DNA of 64,000 nucleotides from Terriglobia bacterium. GTDB lineage: Bacteria; Acidobacteriota; Terriglobia; Acidiferrales; UBA7541. The stretch's first letter is position 1. Every line of letters begins with the position of its first letter. Position numbers and translations under genes: made by a program. The notes beneath the pieces are model-generated. The model was not told the origin of the DNA. It saw nothing but the letters and a program-made list of their open reading frames with translations, and did no database searches. Positions 10,037 to 19,244 of this stretch are shown here, in pieces. Location: positions 34,625 to 98,624 of the forward strand of contig CAWIZI010000010.1 of assembly GCA_963840515.1 (NCBI GenBank), given 5' to 3'.

Positions 10037-11875
10037 ATGGGACGCACGGTAGGAATTGATCTTGGGACAACGTACAGCCTGGTGGCGTATGTGGATAAGG
10101 CCACGAACCGGCCGGTGTGTATTCCGGGGCCGTATGGATCGACGCTGTGCCCTTCGGTAGTGAGTTTGGACGCGGACGGTTCCGTGATTGTTGGAGAGCC
10201 GGCGCGGCGGCGTTTGCTAACGCAGCCCGGACGCACGATTTATAGTGTGAAGCGATTGATGGGGCGCGGACCTTCCGATGTGACCGCAGAGTTGAAAATA
10301 TTTCCATTTCAAATTGATCCATCCAGTGAAAATGTGATTCGCGTGCGATTGGGCGATCGAGTATTTACGCCGCCGGAAATTTCCGCGTTTATTTTGCGCG
10401 AGCTGAAGAGTTGGGCGGAACAATATTTTGGTGAAGGGGTGGACAAAGCTGTGATCACCGTGCCTGCATATTTTAATGATGCGCAGCGGCAGGCGACGAA
10501 AGATGCGGGACGGCTGGCGGGTCTGGAAGTATTGCGTTTAGTGAATGAGCCGACGGCGGCGGCGCTGGCTTATGGTCTGCATGAAAAGCAGCGCGGGTTG
10601 GTGGCTGTTTATGATTTCGGCGGCGGAACATTTGATATTTCGGTATTGAAATTAATTTCCACCGATCAGGGCGATATCTATCAGGTGCTTTCCACAAGCG
10701 GCGATACGCACTTAGGTGGCGATGATATTGATAATGAATTGCAGCGAGTGGCGCGCGAGGAAATCCTGGAGAAATTTGGCGTGGATATTGCGGCGCAGCC
10801 CGCAGCGGTGCAGGAATTGCGGAAGGCGTTGATCACTGCGAAGCACGAACTTTCTTTCGCGGATCATGCGATTGTAAATTTTCCTCTTGGTGATAGCCGC
10901 ATCTACACGCGCAAAATTTCGCGCGAGGAATACGATCTGCTCATCGCGCCCGTGGTTGCGCGCACGGTGGTTCCCGTGAAGCAGGCGCTAGCAGATGCCC
11001 ACATGAAGCCGGAACAAATGGAAGAAGTTGTGCTGGTGGGCGGATCGACGCGCGTGCCTTTGGTGCGGAAAGTTGTGGCGGAATATTTTGGACGCGCGCC
11101 GCACACGGAATTGAATCCAGATGAAGTTGTGGCGCTGGGCGCGGCGGTGCAAGCAAATATTCTTGAGACCGGCGTGCAGGACATGTTGCTGCTGGACGTG
11201 ACGCCGCTTTCGCTGGGCATCGAGACGATGGGCGGAGTTGTGGCGAAAATTATTCCGCGAAACTCTACGATTCCGGCGAGCGCGCAGGATAATTTTACGA
11301 CTGGCGTGGATAATCAGACCGGCATTGATATTCACGTGCTGCAAGGCGAACGCGAGCTGGCCAAGGATTGCCGTTCGTTGGCGCGATTCCAATTGAAGGT
11401 GCCGCCGGGACCGGCAGGACTAGCGCGCGTGGAAGTGAAATTCCTGATTGACGCGAGCGGAATCCTGCAAGTTGCCGCGAAGGAAATGCACACGGGAACG
11501 CAGAGCACGGTAGAAGTGCAGCCGAGCTACGGGCTTTCTGATCTCGAAATTGAGCACATGCTGGAAGAATCGATTGAATATGCGGAGCAGGATTTTTCGG
11601 AACGGCAACTGATCGAAGCGCGCACGGAAGCCGAATCGATTTTGCGCGCGACGGAGAAATCGCTTGCGCAAAAAGATGTGGCGGTACCAGCGGAAGAGCG
11701 CCGCGCAATTGAGAAAGTTGCGGCGTCTTTGCGTGAAGCAACTGTGGGAAGCGATTACAAATTGATTCGCGTTCGCGTAGACGAACTGAACGCGATTACA
11801 ACTCCGCTGGCCGAGCGCATTATGAACGGCGCGCTGGCTACGGCGCTGGAAGGCAAAGATCTCGACAAATTATAG
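10037..11875 (+). CDS. hscA: Fe-S chaperone HscA (Hsp70 family)
   Basis: [32 protein letters not shown]. Start placed at ATG 10037, behind GGGGAGAGA. Confidence 0.9.
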   Translation: MGRTVGIDLGTTYSLVAYVDKATNRPVCIPGPYGSTLCPSVVSLDADGSVIVGEPARRRLLTQPGRTIYSVKRLMGRGPSDVTAELKIFPFQIDPSSENVIRVRLGDRVFTPPEISAFILRELKSWAEQYFGEGVDKAVITVPAYFNDAQRQATKDAGRLAGLEVLRLVNEPTAAALAYGLHEKQRGLVAVYDFGGGTFDISVLKLISTDQGDIYQVLSTSGDTHLGGDDIDNELQRVAREEILEKFGVDIAAQPAAVQELRKALITAKHELSFADHAIVNFPLGDSRIYTRKISREEYDLLIAPVVARTVVPVKQALADAHMKPEQMEEVVLVGGSTRVPLVRKVVAEYFGRAPHTELNPDEVVALGAAVQANILETGVQDMLLLDVTPLSLGIETMGGVVAKIIPRNSTIPASAQDNFTTGVDNQTGIDIHVLQGERELAKDCRSLARFQLKVPPGPAGLARVEVKFLIDASGILQVAAKEMHTGTQSTVEVQPSYGLSDLEIEHMLEESIEYAEQDFSERQLIEARTEAESILRATEKSLAQKDVAVPAEERRAIEKVAASLREATVGSDYKLIRVRVDELNAITTPLAERIMNGALATALEGKDLDKL

Positions 11876-11914
11876 AAACGCTTAAGTCATTTAGAGAAGT
11901 TCAAGGAGTTCAGA

Positions 11915-12325
11915 ATGGGCGGGGAGAATCCGTATATCGAGCAGGCAAAATATGTTTTGCCTACCAAGAAGTACAAAATAAATTTTATTCGGAAGGGAAA
12001 GATCGTGGAAGTTGATCCCGAGAAAATTCCCTACGGACATGACGGCTTACCTGGAAGCATTTTGGATATTTCGCAGGGCGCGCACATGGGATTGGATCAC
12101 GCCTGTGGCGGTGTGGCTGCGTGCTCGACGTGCCATGTGATTGTTCACGAGGGAATGCAATCGTGCAACGAAGTGAGCGACGCGGAACTGGACGAGATCG
12201 ACGAAGCGCCGGGCTCGACTCCGAAATCGCGATTGGGTTGCCAGTGTGTGCCCGACGGATCGGCCGACCTGGTAATTGAAATTCCAGAATGGAATAAAAA
12301 TTACGCCAAAGAGGCGGACCACTAA
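11915..12325 (+). CDS. fdx: ISC-type [2Fe-2S] ferredoxin
   Basis: HACGGVAACSTCHV ... SRLGCQ cysteine pattern. Sits between hscA and iscX. Confidence 0.85.
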   Translation: MGGENPYIEQAKYVLPTKKYKINFIRKGKIVEVDPEKIPYGHDGLPGSILDISQGAHMGLDHACGGVAACSTCHVIVHEGMQSCNEVSDAELDEIDEAPGSTPKSRLGCQCVPDGSADLVIEIPEWNKNYAKEADH

Positions 12326-12345
12326 GCTCGAGGACCACGAAAAAA

Positions 12346-12567
12346 ATGCCGAATCAACTGGATTGGGATCAACCCGAAGATATTGGCATCGCGCTTGCGG
12401 ATAAATTTCCCGATGGCGATCCGGTGAACGTGCGCTTCACGGATTTGCACAAGTGGGTTACGGAGCTGGACGGATTTTCTGGTGATCCGAAAGCGTCAAA
12501 CGAGGGCAAGCTGGAAGCAATTCAGATGGCGTGGCTGGAAGAACATAACGATCGCAAGAGCGGCTGA
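12346..12567 (+). CDS. iscX: Fe-S assembly protein IscX
   Basis: 73 aa with VRFTDLHKWV..DPKASNEGKLEAIQMAWLEE, which aligns with E. coli IscX/YfhJ from memory. Confidence 0.8.
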   Translation: MPNQLDWDQPEDIGIALADKFPDGDPVNVRFTDLHKWVTELDGFSGDPKASNEGKLEAIQMAWLEEHNDRKSG

Positions 12568-12659
12568 AGCAAATTTTTATAGCGCGAAAACTTGCCAGCG
12601 CGCGAACTTTCTTCTACTCTACTTTCACCCGTTTAGCTGTAACTTAGGTTCAACAGTGT

Positions 12660-12734
12660 GGCGCCATGGTGCAACGGTTAGCACGCGACCCTTTCAAGGT
12701 CGAAACGCGAGTTCGATTCTCGCTGGCGCTACCA
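12660..12734 (+). tRNA. tRNA-Glu (anticodon UUC), with encoded CCA
   Basis: Cloverleaf folded by hand: acceptor GGCGCCA/TGGCGCT, D arm GTGC/GCAC, anticodon arm CGACC-CTTTCAA-GGTCG, T arm GCGAG-TTCGATT-CTCGC, then discriminator A and CCA. Confidence 0.9.
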
Positions 12735-13065
12735 AATCCAAATCCTCAATGCGGCTGCGCTGTTTTTCACTTTCGCGATTTTCGTACGCGCTTCGTGTCC
12801 AACCGGTGTCCGCACCAGCTAGTCTGATCGCTCTTCCACCACCGTGTTCCACTACGAAGCCCATGCGGGAGCAGCGGCCCTCATCCGTCACCTTTCTATC
12901 CGGTCTCAATTAGGCGTCTAAAGCGGGGGTGCGCGGCCACTGCTTATCTCCTTTGATTGCAGGAGGATAGGGGCGAGTGGGAATGGCACCATTCGTGCTC
13001 CCTTAAGGCCAGAAGCCATCGAGACGTGTAGTTATTTCATCGTCTGAACGAGTGAAAGGCAACAA

Positions 13066-13536
13066 ATGAATCGCCGGAAAAACACTAACGGGAGCATCGC
13101 AGGATTCGGCTTGCTGGAATCCATGATCGTGATTGCAGTCATCATGGTCCTGGTTGGGATGGCCATTCCGAAATTCATTCAGGCAATTTCAAATTACAAA
13201 TTGCGCGCGGCCGCGGATAGCGTCGCATGGGCGATGCAGTCAACGCGCTATCAAGCGCTTCAAAAGGGTTACACCTACGAGCTAACGGTGAACTCGGCAA
13301 ACAACACTTATCAAGTGCTGAGCAAGCCGATTGGCGCTTCGGGATTTTCAAACGTAGGAGGCGCAGTGCCGTTGACCAGCGCCCCGGTTGTAGTTGGCGC
13401 GACGACAACTTTGACGTTCAGTCCCAACGGATCCATCGCGGTTGTCACGGGATCCCAAACACTCACACTCACTTATTCTGGTCTTACGGAGACGGTCACG
13501 GTAACCAACTATGGATCAGTCACAGTTACTCCTTAA
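13066..13536 (+). CDS. GspH/FimT-like minor (pseudo)pilin with prepilin-type N-terminal cleavage/methylation domain
   Basis: Leader ...IAG|FGLLESMIVIAVIMVLVGMAIP, with Glu at +5. Confidence 0.75.
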   Translation: MNRRKNTNGSIAGFGLLESMIVIAVIMVLVGMAIPKFIQAISNYKLRAAADSVAWAMQSTRYQALQKGYTYELTVNSANNTYQVLSKPIGASGFSNVGGAVPLTSAPVVVGATTTLTFSPNGSIAVVTGSQTLTLTYSGLTETVTVTNYGSVTVTP

Positions 13537-14137
13537 AAGAAAAGCGCGCGGGTTCACGATGATTGAGCTCGCTATCTCGATCGCCATCCTGATGGTGGGA
13601 TTGGTGGGCGTGGCTTCGATGTTCGGCCGCATCTGGGGAAGCACGTCATACAGCGAGTACATGATTCAAGCGTCTACGCTGGCCTCGGAAAAGCTGGAAG
13701 ATTTGAACCGCTATCCAGAGGGCGACCCAAACGTTGTGGTGACCTCCGGAACGACGGCCGGCAGCCTAACGGCTGATACGGATGCGAGCGTGACATCCAA
13801 CAGCGTGACCGACACCGTGGACTACTTCGACGAAGTATTCATGGATCCGAGCGCGGGATCGATTGCAGAGACTGTCGCCACCGGCACGTCGCCGAACTAC
13901 ACCTATACGACCACGACGCACAATCCGAACGGAACCATCACGACTTCAACGTCTACTTCGCTCGCGTCCAACACTACAAACGCGATTCAATTTGAGCGCC
14001 GCTGGCTGATTGAGAAGAGTCCCACGATCGGCGGCACGGTGATGACCAACATGCGCCGGATTACGGTGCTGGTGACTGTGATGAACGCATCGATTCAACC
14101 TCCAGTTGTATTTCAACTCAGTGTGGTGCGCCCATGA
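13511..14137 (+). CDS. PilV/GspI-like minor pilin (prepilin-type N-terminal domain)
   Basis: KARG|FTMIELAISIAILMVGLVG. Overlaps the previous gene by 26 nt. Confidence 0.7.
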   Translation: MDQSQLLLKRKARGFTMIELAISIAILMVGLVGVASMFGRIWGSTSYSEYMIQASTLASEKLEDLNRYPEGDPNVVVTSGTTAGSLTADTDASVTSNSVTDTVDYFDEVFMDPSAGSIAETVATGTSPNYTYTTTTHNPNGTITTSTSTSLASNTTNAIQFERRWLIEKSPTIGGTVMTNMRRITVLVTVMNASIQPPVVFQLSVVRP

Positions 14138-15258
14138 CCATTCTCTCGAAGAATCGCTCTGTGAAATTTGCCCGCACTGCTGGATTCAGCCTTTTAGAAC
14201 TGATGCTCGCCATTTCCATGTTCGTGGTGGTCGGCGGCGCGGCGTTCCTGCTTTTTCGGCAGGCAGTGCCGGTATACACCCAACAGCAGAATCTTGCCGG
14301 CGTAAATATTGGAGTTCAGAACGCGGTTGCCCAGCTTCAACAGGATTTGGTGAATGCTGGAACGGGATACTACACCGGCGTGAACATTCCCAGCTGGCCT
14401 GTGGGAGTGACGGTAATCAATAATTCCGATATCACTTCCTGCGTAACAGGTAGTCCCTACACATATACGTCGGGATGTTTCGATACCCTGAATATCATTA
14501 CGTCGGACCCGAACACTGCTCCACAACATCTTGCGACGAACACCAACACGAACACTGCTTCGTCCCTCACGCTCTATACGCCGTCAGTTACGACCTCGGC
14601 GCAGGCAACAGCGCTTGCAGCGCTTTACAAAGCCAACGACGAGCTGCTGATCGTAAGTTCATCAGGCCTATCGATGGCCACGATTACCCTGACTGCGGCC
14701 GGAAGCGCGAGCGGAACTACGGTTACGCTGCATTACAACGCGACCAGTTCGCTTGCACAGGTGACTGCCGGCACACCGCTCAATACCGTAGCGAACGATC
14801 CCCTTGGCATTACTACGCATACGGCTTATGCGGATAATGGCGCCGCCGTCTTTTCGCCTGGCAATTACGGCAACTCGGATTGGATACTCAGACTGCAACC
14901 GATTACCTATAAAGTCGATGTAACCAACCCTGCCAATCCGGTTCTGGAGCGCGTGCAATCCGGAACCACGAACGTGCTCGCGCAGCAGATCATCGGATTT
15001 CGGATAGGAGCATCGTTGTGGAACGACACGCACGATACAGATGCGCAGCCCTATAACTATCAGGCTTCGACCTTTGGCACCGGTTATGATTTCACAATCG
15101 TACGCTCGATTCGTGTTTCCGTGATTGGCCGAACGACGCCCGGAGCCACCGGTATTTACAACTACCAAAACTCATTTGATGGCGGCCCGTATCAGGTTTT
15201 AGGAGCCGCCGTGGTAGTGAATCCTCGGAATCTGAGCATGGCGGATAGCACGCAATAA
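14134..15258 (+). CDS. PilW/GspJ-like minor pilin (prepilin-type N-terminal domain)
   Basis: RTAG|FSLLELMLAISMFVVVGGAAF. ATGA overlap with the previous gene. Confidence 0.7.
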   Translation: MTILSKNRSVKFARTAGFSLLELMLAISMFVVVGGAAFLLFRQAVPVYTQQQNLAGVNIGVQNAVAQLQQDLVNAGTGYYTGVNIPSWPVGVTVINNSDITSCVTGSPYTYTSGCFDTLNIITSDPNTAPQHLATNTNTNTASSLTLYTPSVTTSAQATALAALYKANDELLIVSSSGLSMATITLTAAGSASGTTVTLHYNATSSLAQVTAGTPLNTVANDPLGITTHTAYADNGAAVFSPGNYGNSDWILRLQPITYKVDVTNPANPVLERVQSGTTNVLAQQIIGFRIGASLWNDTHDTDAQPYNYQASTFGTGYDFTIVRSIRVSVIGRTTPGATGIYNYQNSFDGGPYQVLGAAVVVNPRNLSMADSTQ

Positions 15259-15277
15259 TAGGTAATAAAGGATCCCT

Positions 15278-17320
15278 ATGAACACTAAATCGTTGGGCCA
15301 TGGCAGTCAGAAGAAACCGCTGAGACGAAATCGTCAGCGCGGAATTGCGCTCGTTTTCACTCTTCTCCTGCTTACGATGATGATCGCGCTTTCGCTGGCA
15401 ATGGCCATCGCGATCGGATCGCAAACATTTATCGCAGGCTACTACAAGAATTATCGGGGAGCTTTTTATGCGGCTGATTCTGGCGTAAACGTGATGCGGC
15501 AGTCGATGTTGAACCAGTTGTTGGCGGCTATTCCGGCCACCTTCACGTCAGGCACGGCGCCGATTCCGAGTACCACGGCGGCTACGATTCTATCCAATAT
15601 CAACTCGACCTACGCATCCTGGACCCCGGTGAACAGTTCGGGTTCCTGGCCAGAGCAGTTTGAGCTTAGCTCCGGAACAGCAAGCTTTTCACTGGTGAGC
15701 TGCCCGATTACGACGACGCCGAGCACCGGCTCGTACACATGTACCAGTCTTCCGCCGTCAACAGATACGATTCAAACCATTTCGTATACTTACGCCTATA
15801 GCGTTACCTCGATTGGGCAAGTGCAGAATAGCGAGCAGCAATCCGTAACTGACACAGGACAGTTGTTGGTCAATATTTCGGTATCTCCAGCTGGTCCCAC
15901 CACCACGAGTTTTTCCGCCTGGGGTATGTTTATCGATCAGGCGAACGAGTGCGACGGCACGACGCTTGTGCCTGGCACGATCACCGGGCCAGTCTTCACG
16001 AACGGCGGATTCACATTTACGCCCAGCACTTACATTTTCACCGACAACGTCGGCTTTGCAGATTCGACCGCAGGTTATTCACCCACGAACGGCGGAGGTT
16101 GCACCGATTACGCCGGTCCGGCATATACAGATAACGTATCCGGTAACCACCAAACCATCGCGCCACAGTTCAATGGCGCCGCTGGCTTGCAACTTTCGCA
16201 GAACGCGATCCCCGTGCCCACGAATTCAGTGAGCCAATCGTGGGCTGTGCTTGATGGAAAAGGTGTTGGCGAGACCGCGGGAGGGGCGACGTCGTCTACC
16301 ACGCCGCCTACGGCCGCTCCGACGAACTCCCAGTTGAATGCAGCTCTTGCGGGCTCGAATGGTACTGCGTATCCCTCTGGTGGTGTTTCCACCGGTGTTT
16401 TCATGCCGTTCGTTGCGTCAGGTGTGGCCCTGCCGTCAGGTGGGACCTGCTCTCCACCGACCGGCACGTCAAAGTGCATGACCGGAGGGGGCATTTTTGT
16501 GCAAGGCAACGCGACCTCCGTAACTTTGACTGCGAGCGGGACCGTAGCTCAACCAACGCAAGTATTCACGATCGTGCAGGGCGGCGTGACCAGCACAATT
16601 ACCGAGAATATGACCGCAAACACGACCACGTTCACAACCGGCGGCGTAACGACAGTGATCTCCGGCGTTCCAGAGAATTTGACCGGCACTCCGGCTGATG
16701 CAACGATGGTCTACGTGAACGGAAATATCGGCAGCGGCAGCACGGGGCTTTCCGGCCCCGGCTCGGGCAATGCCGCGGTCCAAAACAATTACGAGGTCAC
16801 GGTTACAGCCAACGGCAACATCACCATCACCGGCGATCTTCTTTACGCCACCGAACCTGTAACGACCACGCAGAACCAGAGCGTTTCCTATGCGACCTCG
16901 ACTTGTTGCAACGGTGACGCAGCCGATTTTCTCATTCCGTTGCCGACCAGCGCCAGCACGCAAGTGCTCGGAATCTACACGAACAACGGAAACGTTCAGC
17001 TCAATAATCAGCAGAGCAGCGGAAATCTTGAGATTGACGCTTCCATCGCCGCGTTTTCGACGGGCGGCTCCGGCGGCTTGGTGAATACCGGCAATAGCAT
17101 CAACACGCTGAACATTGTTGGCGGACGTATTCAGAGCACAATCCAAAACATCGGCGCGACGACTCGAAACGTGTATTTCGATCGCCGCTTCGCGCAAGGC
17201 TCATTCGGCCCGCCGTGGTTTCCGACTGCGGTAGTTACCCCGACCAATGTGTCGGCAACCTCAGTGAGCCACGTGGTTCAGCGATTGCAATGGTTGGATA
17301 ACAGCGCCACGCTCAACTAA
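15278..17320 (+). CDS. very large PilX/GspK-like pilus tip protein (680 aa), Thr/Ser/Gly-rich
   Basis: N-terminus RQRGIALVFTLLLLTMMIALSLAMA lacks Glu+5, as in GspK/PilX, and is followed by AFYAADSGVN. Last gene of the pilin operon. Confidence 0.6.
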   Translation: MNTKSLGHGSQKKPLRRNRQRGIALVFTLLLLTMMIALSLAMAIAIGSQTFIAGYYKNYRGAFYAADSGVNVMRQSMLNQLLAAIPATFTSGTAPIPSTTAATILSNINSTYASWTPVNSSGSWPEQFELSSGTASFSLVSCPITTTPSTGSYTCTSLPPSTDTIQTISYTYAYSVTSIGQVQNSEQQSVTDTGQLLVNISVSPAGPTTTSFSAWGMFIDQANECDGTTLVPGTITGPVFTNGGFTFTPSTYIFTDNVGFADSTAGYSPTNGGGCTDYAGPAYTDNVSGNHQTIAPQFNGAAGLQLSQNAIPVPTNSVSQSWAVLDGKGVGETAGGATSSTTPPTAAPTNSQLNAALAGSNGTAYPSGGVSTGVFMPFVASGVALPSGGTCSPPTGTSKCMTGGGIFVQGNATSVTLTASGTVAQPTQVFTIVQGGVTSTITENMTANTTTFTTGGVTTVISGVPENLTGTPADATMVYVNGNIGSGSTGLSGPGSGNAAVQNNYEVTVTANGNITITGDLLYATEPVTTTQNQSVSYATSTCCNGDAADFLIPLPTSASTQVLGIYTNNGNVQLNNQQSSGNLEIDASIAAFSTGGSGGLVNTGNSINTLNIVGGRIQSTIQNIGATTRNVYFDRRFAQGSFGPPWFPTAVVTPTNVSATSVSHVVQRLQWLDNSATLN

Positions 17321-17360
17321 GCAAGTTTCAAATTCACAAGACCATCTGTAATTTCTACCA

Positions 17361-17397
17361 CCGCCGCATCTCCTCCGGATGCGGCGGTTTTATTTTT
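17361..17397 (+). terminator. intrinsic terminator after the pilin operon
   Basis: CCGCCGCATC (17361..17370) pairs with GATGCGGCGG (17378..17387) across a 7-nt loop, followed by TTTTATTTTT. Lies between convergent genes. Confidence 0.8.
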
Positions 17398-17400
17398 GCG

Positions 17401-18654
17401 CTATCCCGGTGGACGAATGCGGGCGGTGAAGTTTGTATTTATGGCCGGAACTGTGCAGGAAAATTGCGCGGGCCAGTTTGCGTCCGTGAATCCATTGCGG
17501 CAAAGATTTGCAAGCGCGCCTGCAACATCGGATGGATCTTCCGGGCCGGTGAAAGGCTCGACGTAGATTTGATAGCTCTGGGAAACTCCGACGGGCAATT
17601 GTTGCAGGATGTAGGAGCCGTCAAAAACCGCAGGGCCTGAGACGCTGCACGACCATCCGGCTTGCGTGGCGGCGATGACGAGGCCGGTTGCGTTATCAAC
17701 CGCGACGACTTGAGCGGCAAAAATTCCCGTTACCCCGGAAAAATCGACAAGCGACAACGGATTTGCGGGAAGGATGCGTCCGCTGATCGTTCCGATGTGC
17801 GTTGTGTCAGATGCGCTGGGGTAAAGCACGCGCAGACCGGTGCGATCGTCGTCGGAGAGAGGAGCGTCCGGGGTTTGGGTCGTGGGACGCGGACTGTCAA
17901 AGCTGCCGGGCGGCGGCACGAACGGAAACATTACGGCGCTCCACACGGAAGTGTGCTCAAAGCCGAAGAAATGGCCCATCTCGTGAGTGAGCACGGATTC
18001 CAAATCATTGGCGTTCGGATTTGCGGCGAGCACGGCGGGCGTGGCGAAGACGCCGCTGTTGTTCGTGGGATTTAGCAGAATATCGGCGTCCACAATTTCG
18101 CCGACGAAAGTTGATGGCGCGTGATTCGGCACAGGTTGATCGTTGATGGCGTCAGTGGTGGTGACGCGCGTGAATGAAAGTACCCCGGTGGTGAACGCGG
18201 GATCGCTTTGATTGAAGCAAATTGTATTCAGACCGTCAGTGGAAGAGCAGGCGACGGTGGCGGCGGTGCGAGCAAGACTTGCGAGCGAAGTGGGAAGCAG
18301 AGTTGTGCCGGCGACGCTTGTCCACACGCCGAAGGATTGCGAGATCACGGCTTCGATTTCGTTTAGTGATCCAGTCGGGGTTGTATCTTGTGTGAGGATC
18401 GTGATTGGACTTGCGCTGAGCGAAGTGCTCCATTGGCGATTGATGCCGCCGGCGAGAGAGCTATTCCAATGATCGGGCTGAGGACATGCGGTGCCGCCGG
18501 ATTGCGACGAGGGCAAGCGCATGTCCGCAACAGTGTAGGCGAAAGCGTAGGCTTGGGCGGCGGGCGCGGCGACTACGTAGATCGCCAGTGATGCCGCTAA
18601 AACTGAGCGCAAAATATTCGTCAGGATAATTCTTCTCGATTGGCGCGCGTTCAT
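17401..18654 (-). CDS. secreted matrixin-type (metzincin) zinc metalloprotease
   Basis: HEMGHFFGFEH (17953..17985) with a downstream Met-turn VMFP. Signal-like ILTNILRSVLAASLAIYVVAAPAAQA. Start placed at ATG 18654, which overlaps the upstream stop (ATGA); the track ORF extends to 18867. Confidence 0.8.
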   Translation of the reverse strand: MNARQSRRIILTNILRSVLAASLAIYVVAAPAAQAYAFAYTVADMRLPSSQSGGTACPQPDHWNSSLAGGINRQWSTSLSASPITILTQDTTPTGSLNEIEAVISQSFGVWTSVAGTTLLPTSLASLARTAATVACSSTDGLNTICFNQSDPAFTTGVLSFTRVTTTDAINDQPVPNHAPSTFVGEIVDADILLNPTNNSGVFATPAVLAANPNANDLESVLTHEMGHFFGFEHTSVWSAVMFPFVPPPGSFDSPRPTTQTPDAPLSDDDRTGLRVLYPSASDTTHIGTISGRILPANPLSLVDFSGVTGIFAAQVVAVDNATGLVIAATQAGWSCSVSGPAVFDGSYILQQLPVGVSQSYQIYVEPFTGPEDPSDVAGALANLCRNGFTDANWPAQFSCTVPAINTNFTARIRPPG

Positions 18655-19244
18655 CGTTTGCTCCCTGAATGGCCTGGACTCGTTGGTTGCGGTGTGTTGA
18701 ACGCCTGAGCGAGTTGCTGGCGGAAATCGTTGAGCGGAAGATTGCGGATGCCGGCGGTTGTGAATTGGCGTGTATGCGGGTCGAAAACGGCGAAGTGGCT
18801 GGTGTCTTGAGTTAAGCTCGCGTCGCCGGTTGCTTCGCGATGAATCCGAAATGTGCCTTGCGCCCAACTGGTGATGCCGTAATCGCCCGCGGAAGTTTTT
18901 TCGACGAACAGAATGGTTTCTTCTCCTAAGGCGAACGCCGGCACGCCTTCAATTTTCACTGCGGTGTGATTCACGCGGCCGCCGGGCAATCGCACGCGGA
19001 GAATTTGTGGCGGCGCGCCTTTGAAAGTTTCGAGCACAGTGAAATCGTCGAACGTCGAAATAGATTCGGGTTCCCATTTTGTTTCCGAGTGAATGCAGCG
19101 CGCACGCACGATGATTTCCGCGGATCGTGCGAGCGCGGCCAGATCCATACGGACAAGAGTTGTAGCGCTGGCTTCGATGACGCCGCCCGATGCGACCAGC
19201 AGGGAAGCAATCAGGATTAAATATTTGCGAATGCGATAAATCAT
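18651..19244 (-). CDS. secreted hypothetical protein (197 aa), middle gene of the coupled operon
   Basis: Signal peptide MIYRIRKYLILIASLLVASGGVIEASA. No motif I recognise. ATGA overlaps at both ends. Confidence 0.6.
   Translation of the reverse strand: MIYRIRKYLILIASLLVASGGVIEASATTLVRMDLAALARSAEIIVRARCIHSETKWEPESISTFDDFTVLETFKGAPPQILRVRLPGGRVNHTAVKIEGVPAFALGEETILFVEKTSAGDYGITSWAQGTFRIHREATGDASLTQDTSHFAVFDPHTRQFTTAGIRNLPLNDFRQQLAQAFNTPQPTSPGHSGSKR

Noticed and set aside
12482-12913. 143-aa plus-strand ORF and 71-aa minus-strand ORF (12694..12909) downstream of iscX
   Set aside because: Both run through the tRNA-Glu gene and have no coding-like features, so I treat the region as non-coding.
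12735-13065. c-di-GMP (GEMM-type) or other riboswitch upstream of the pilin operon
   Set aside because: I could not recognise the conserved cores of either c-di-GMP riboswitch class, or of any other class, by eye. It is kept only as an unannotated structured region.
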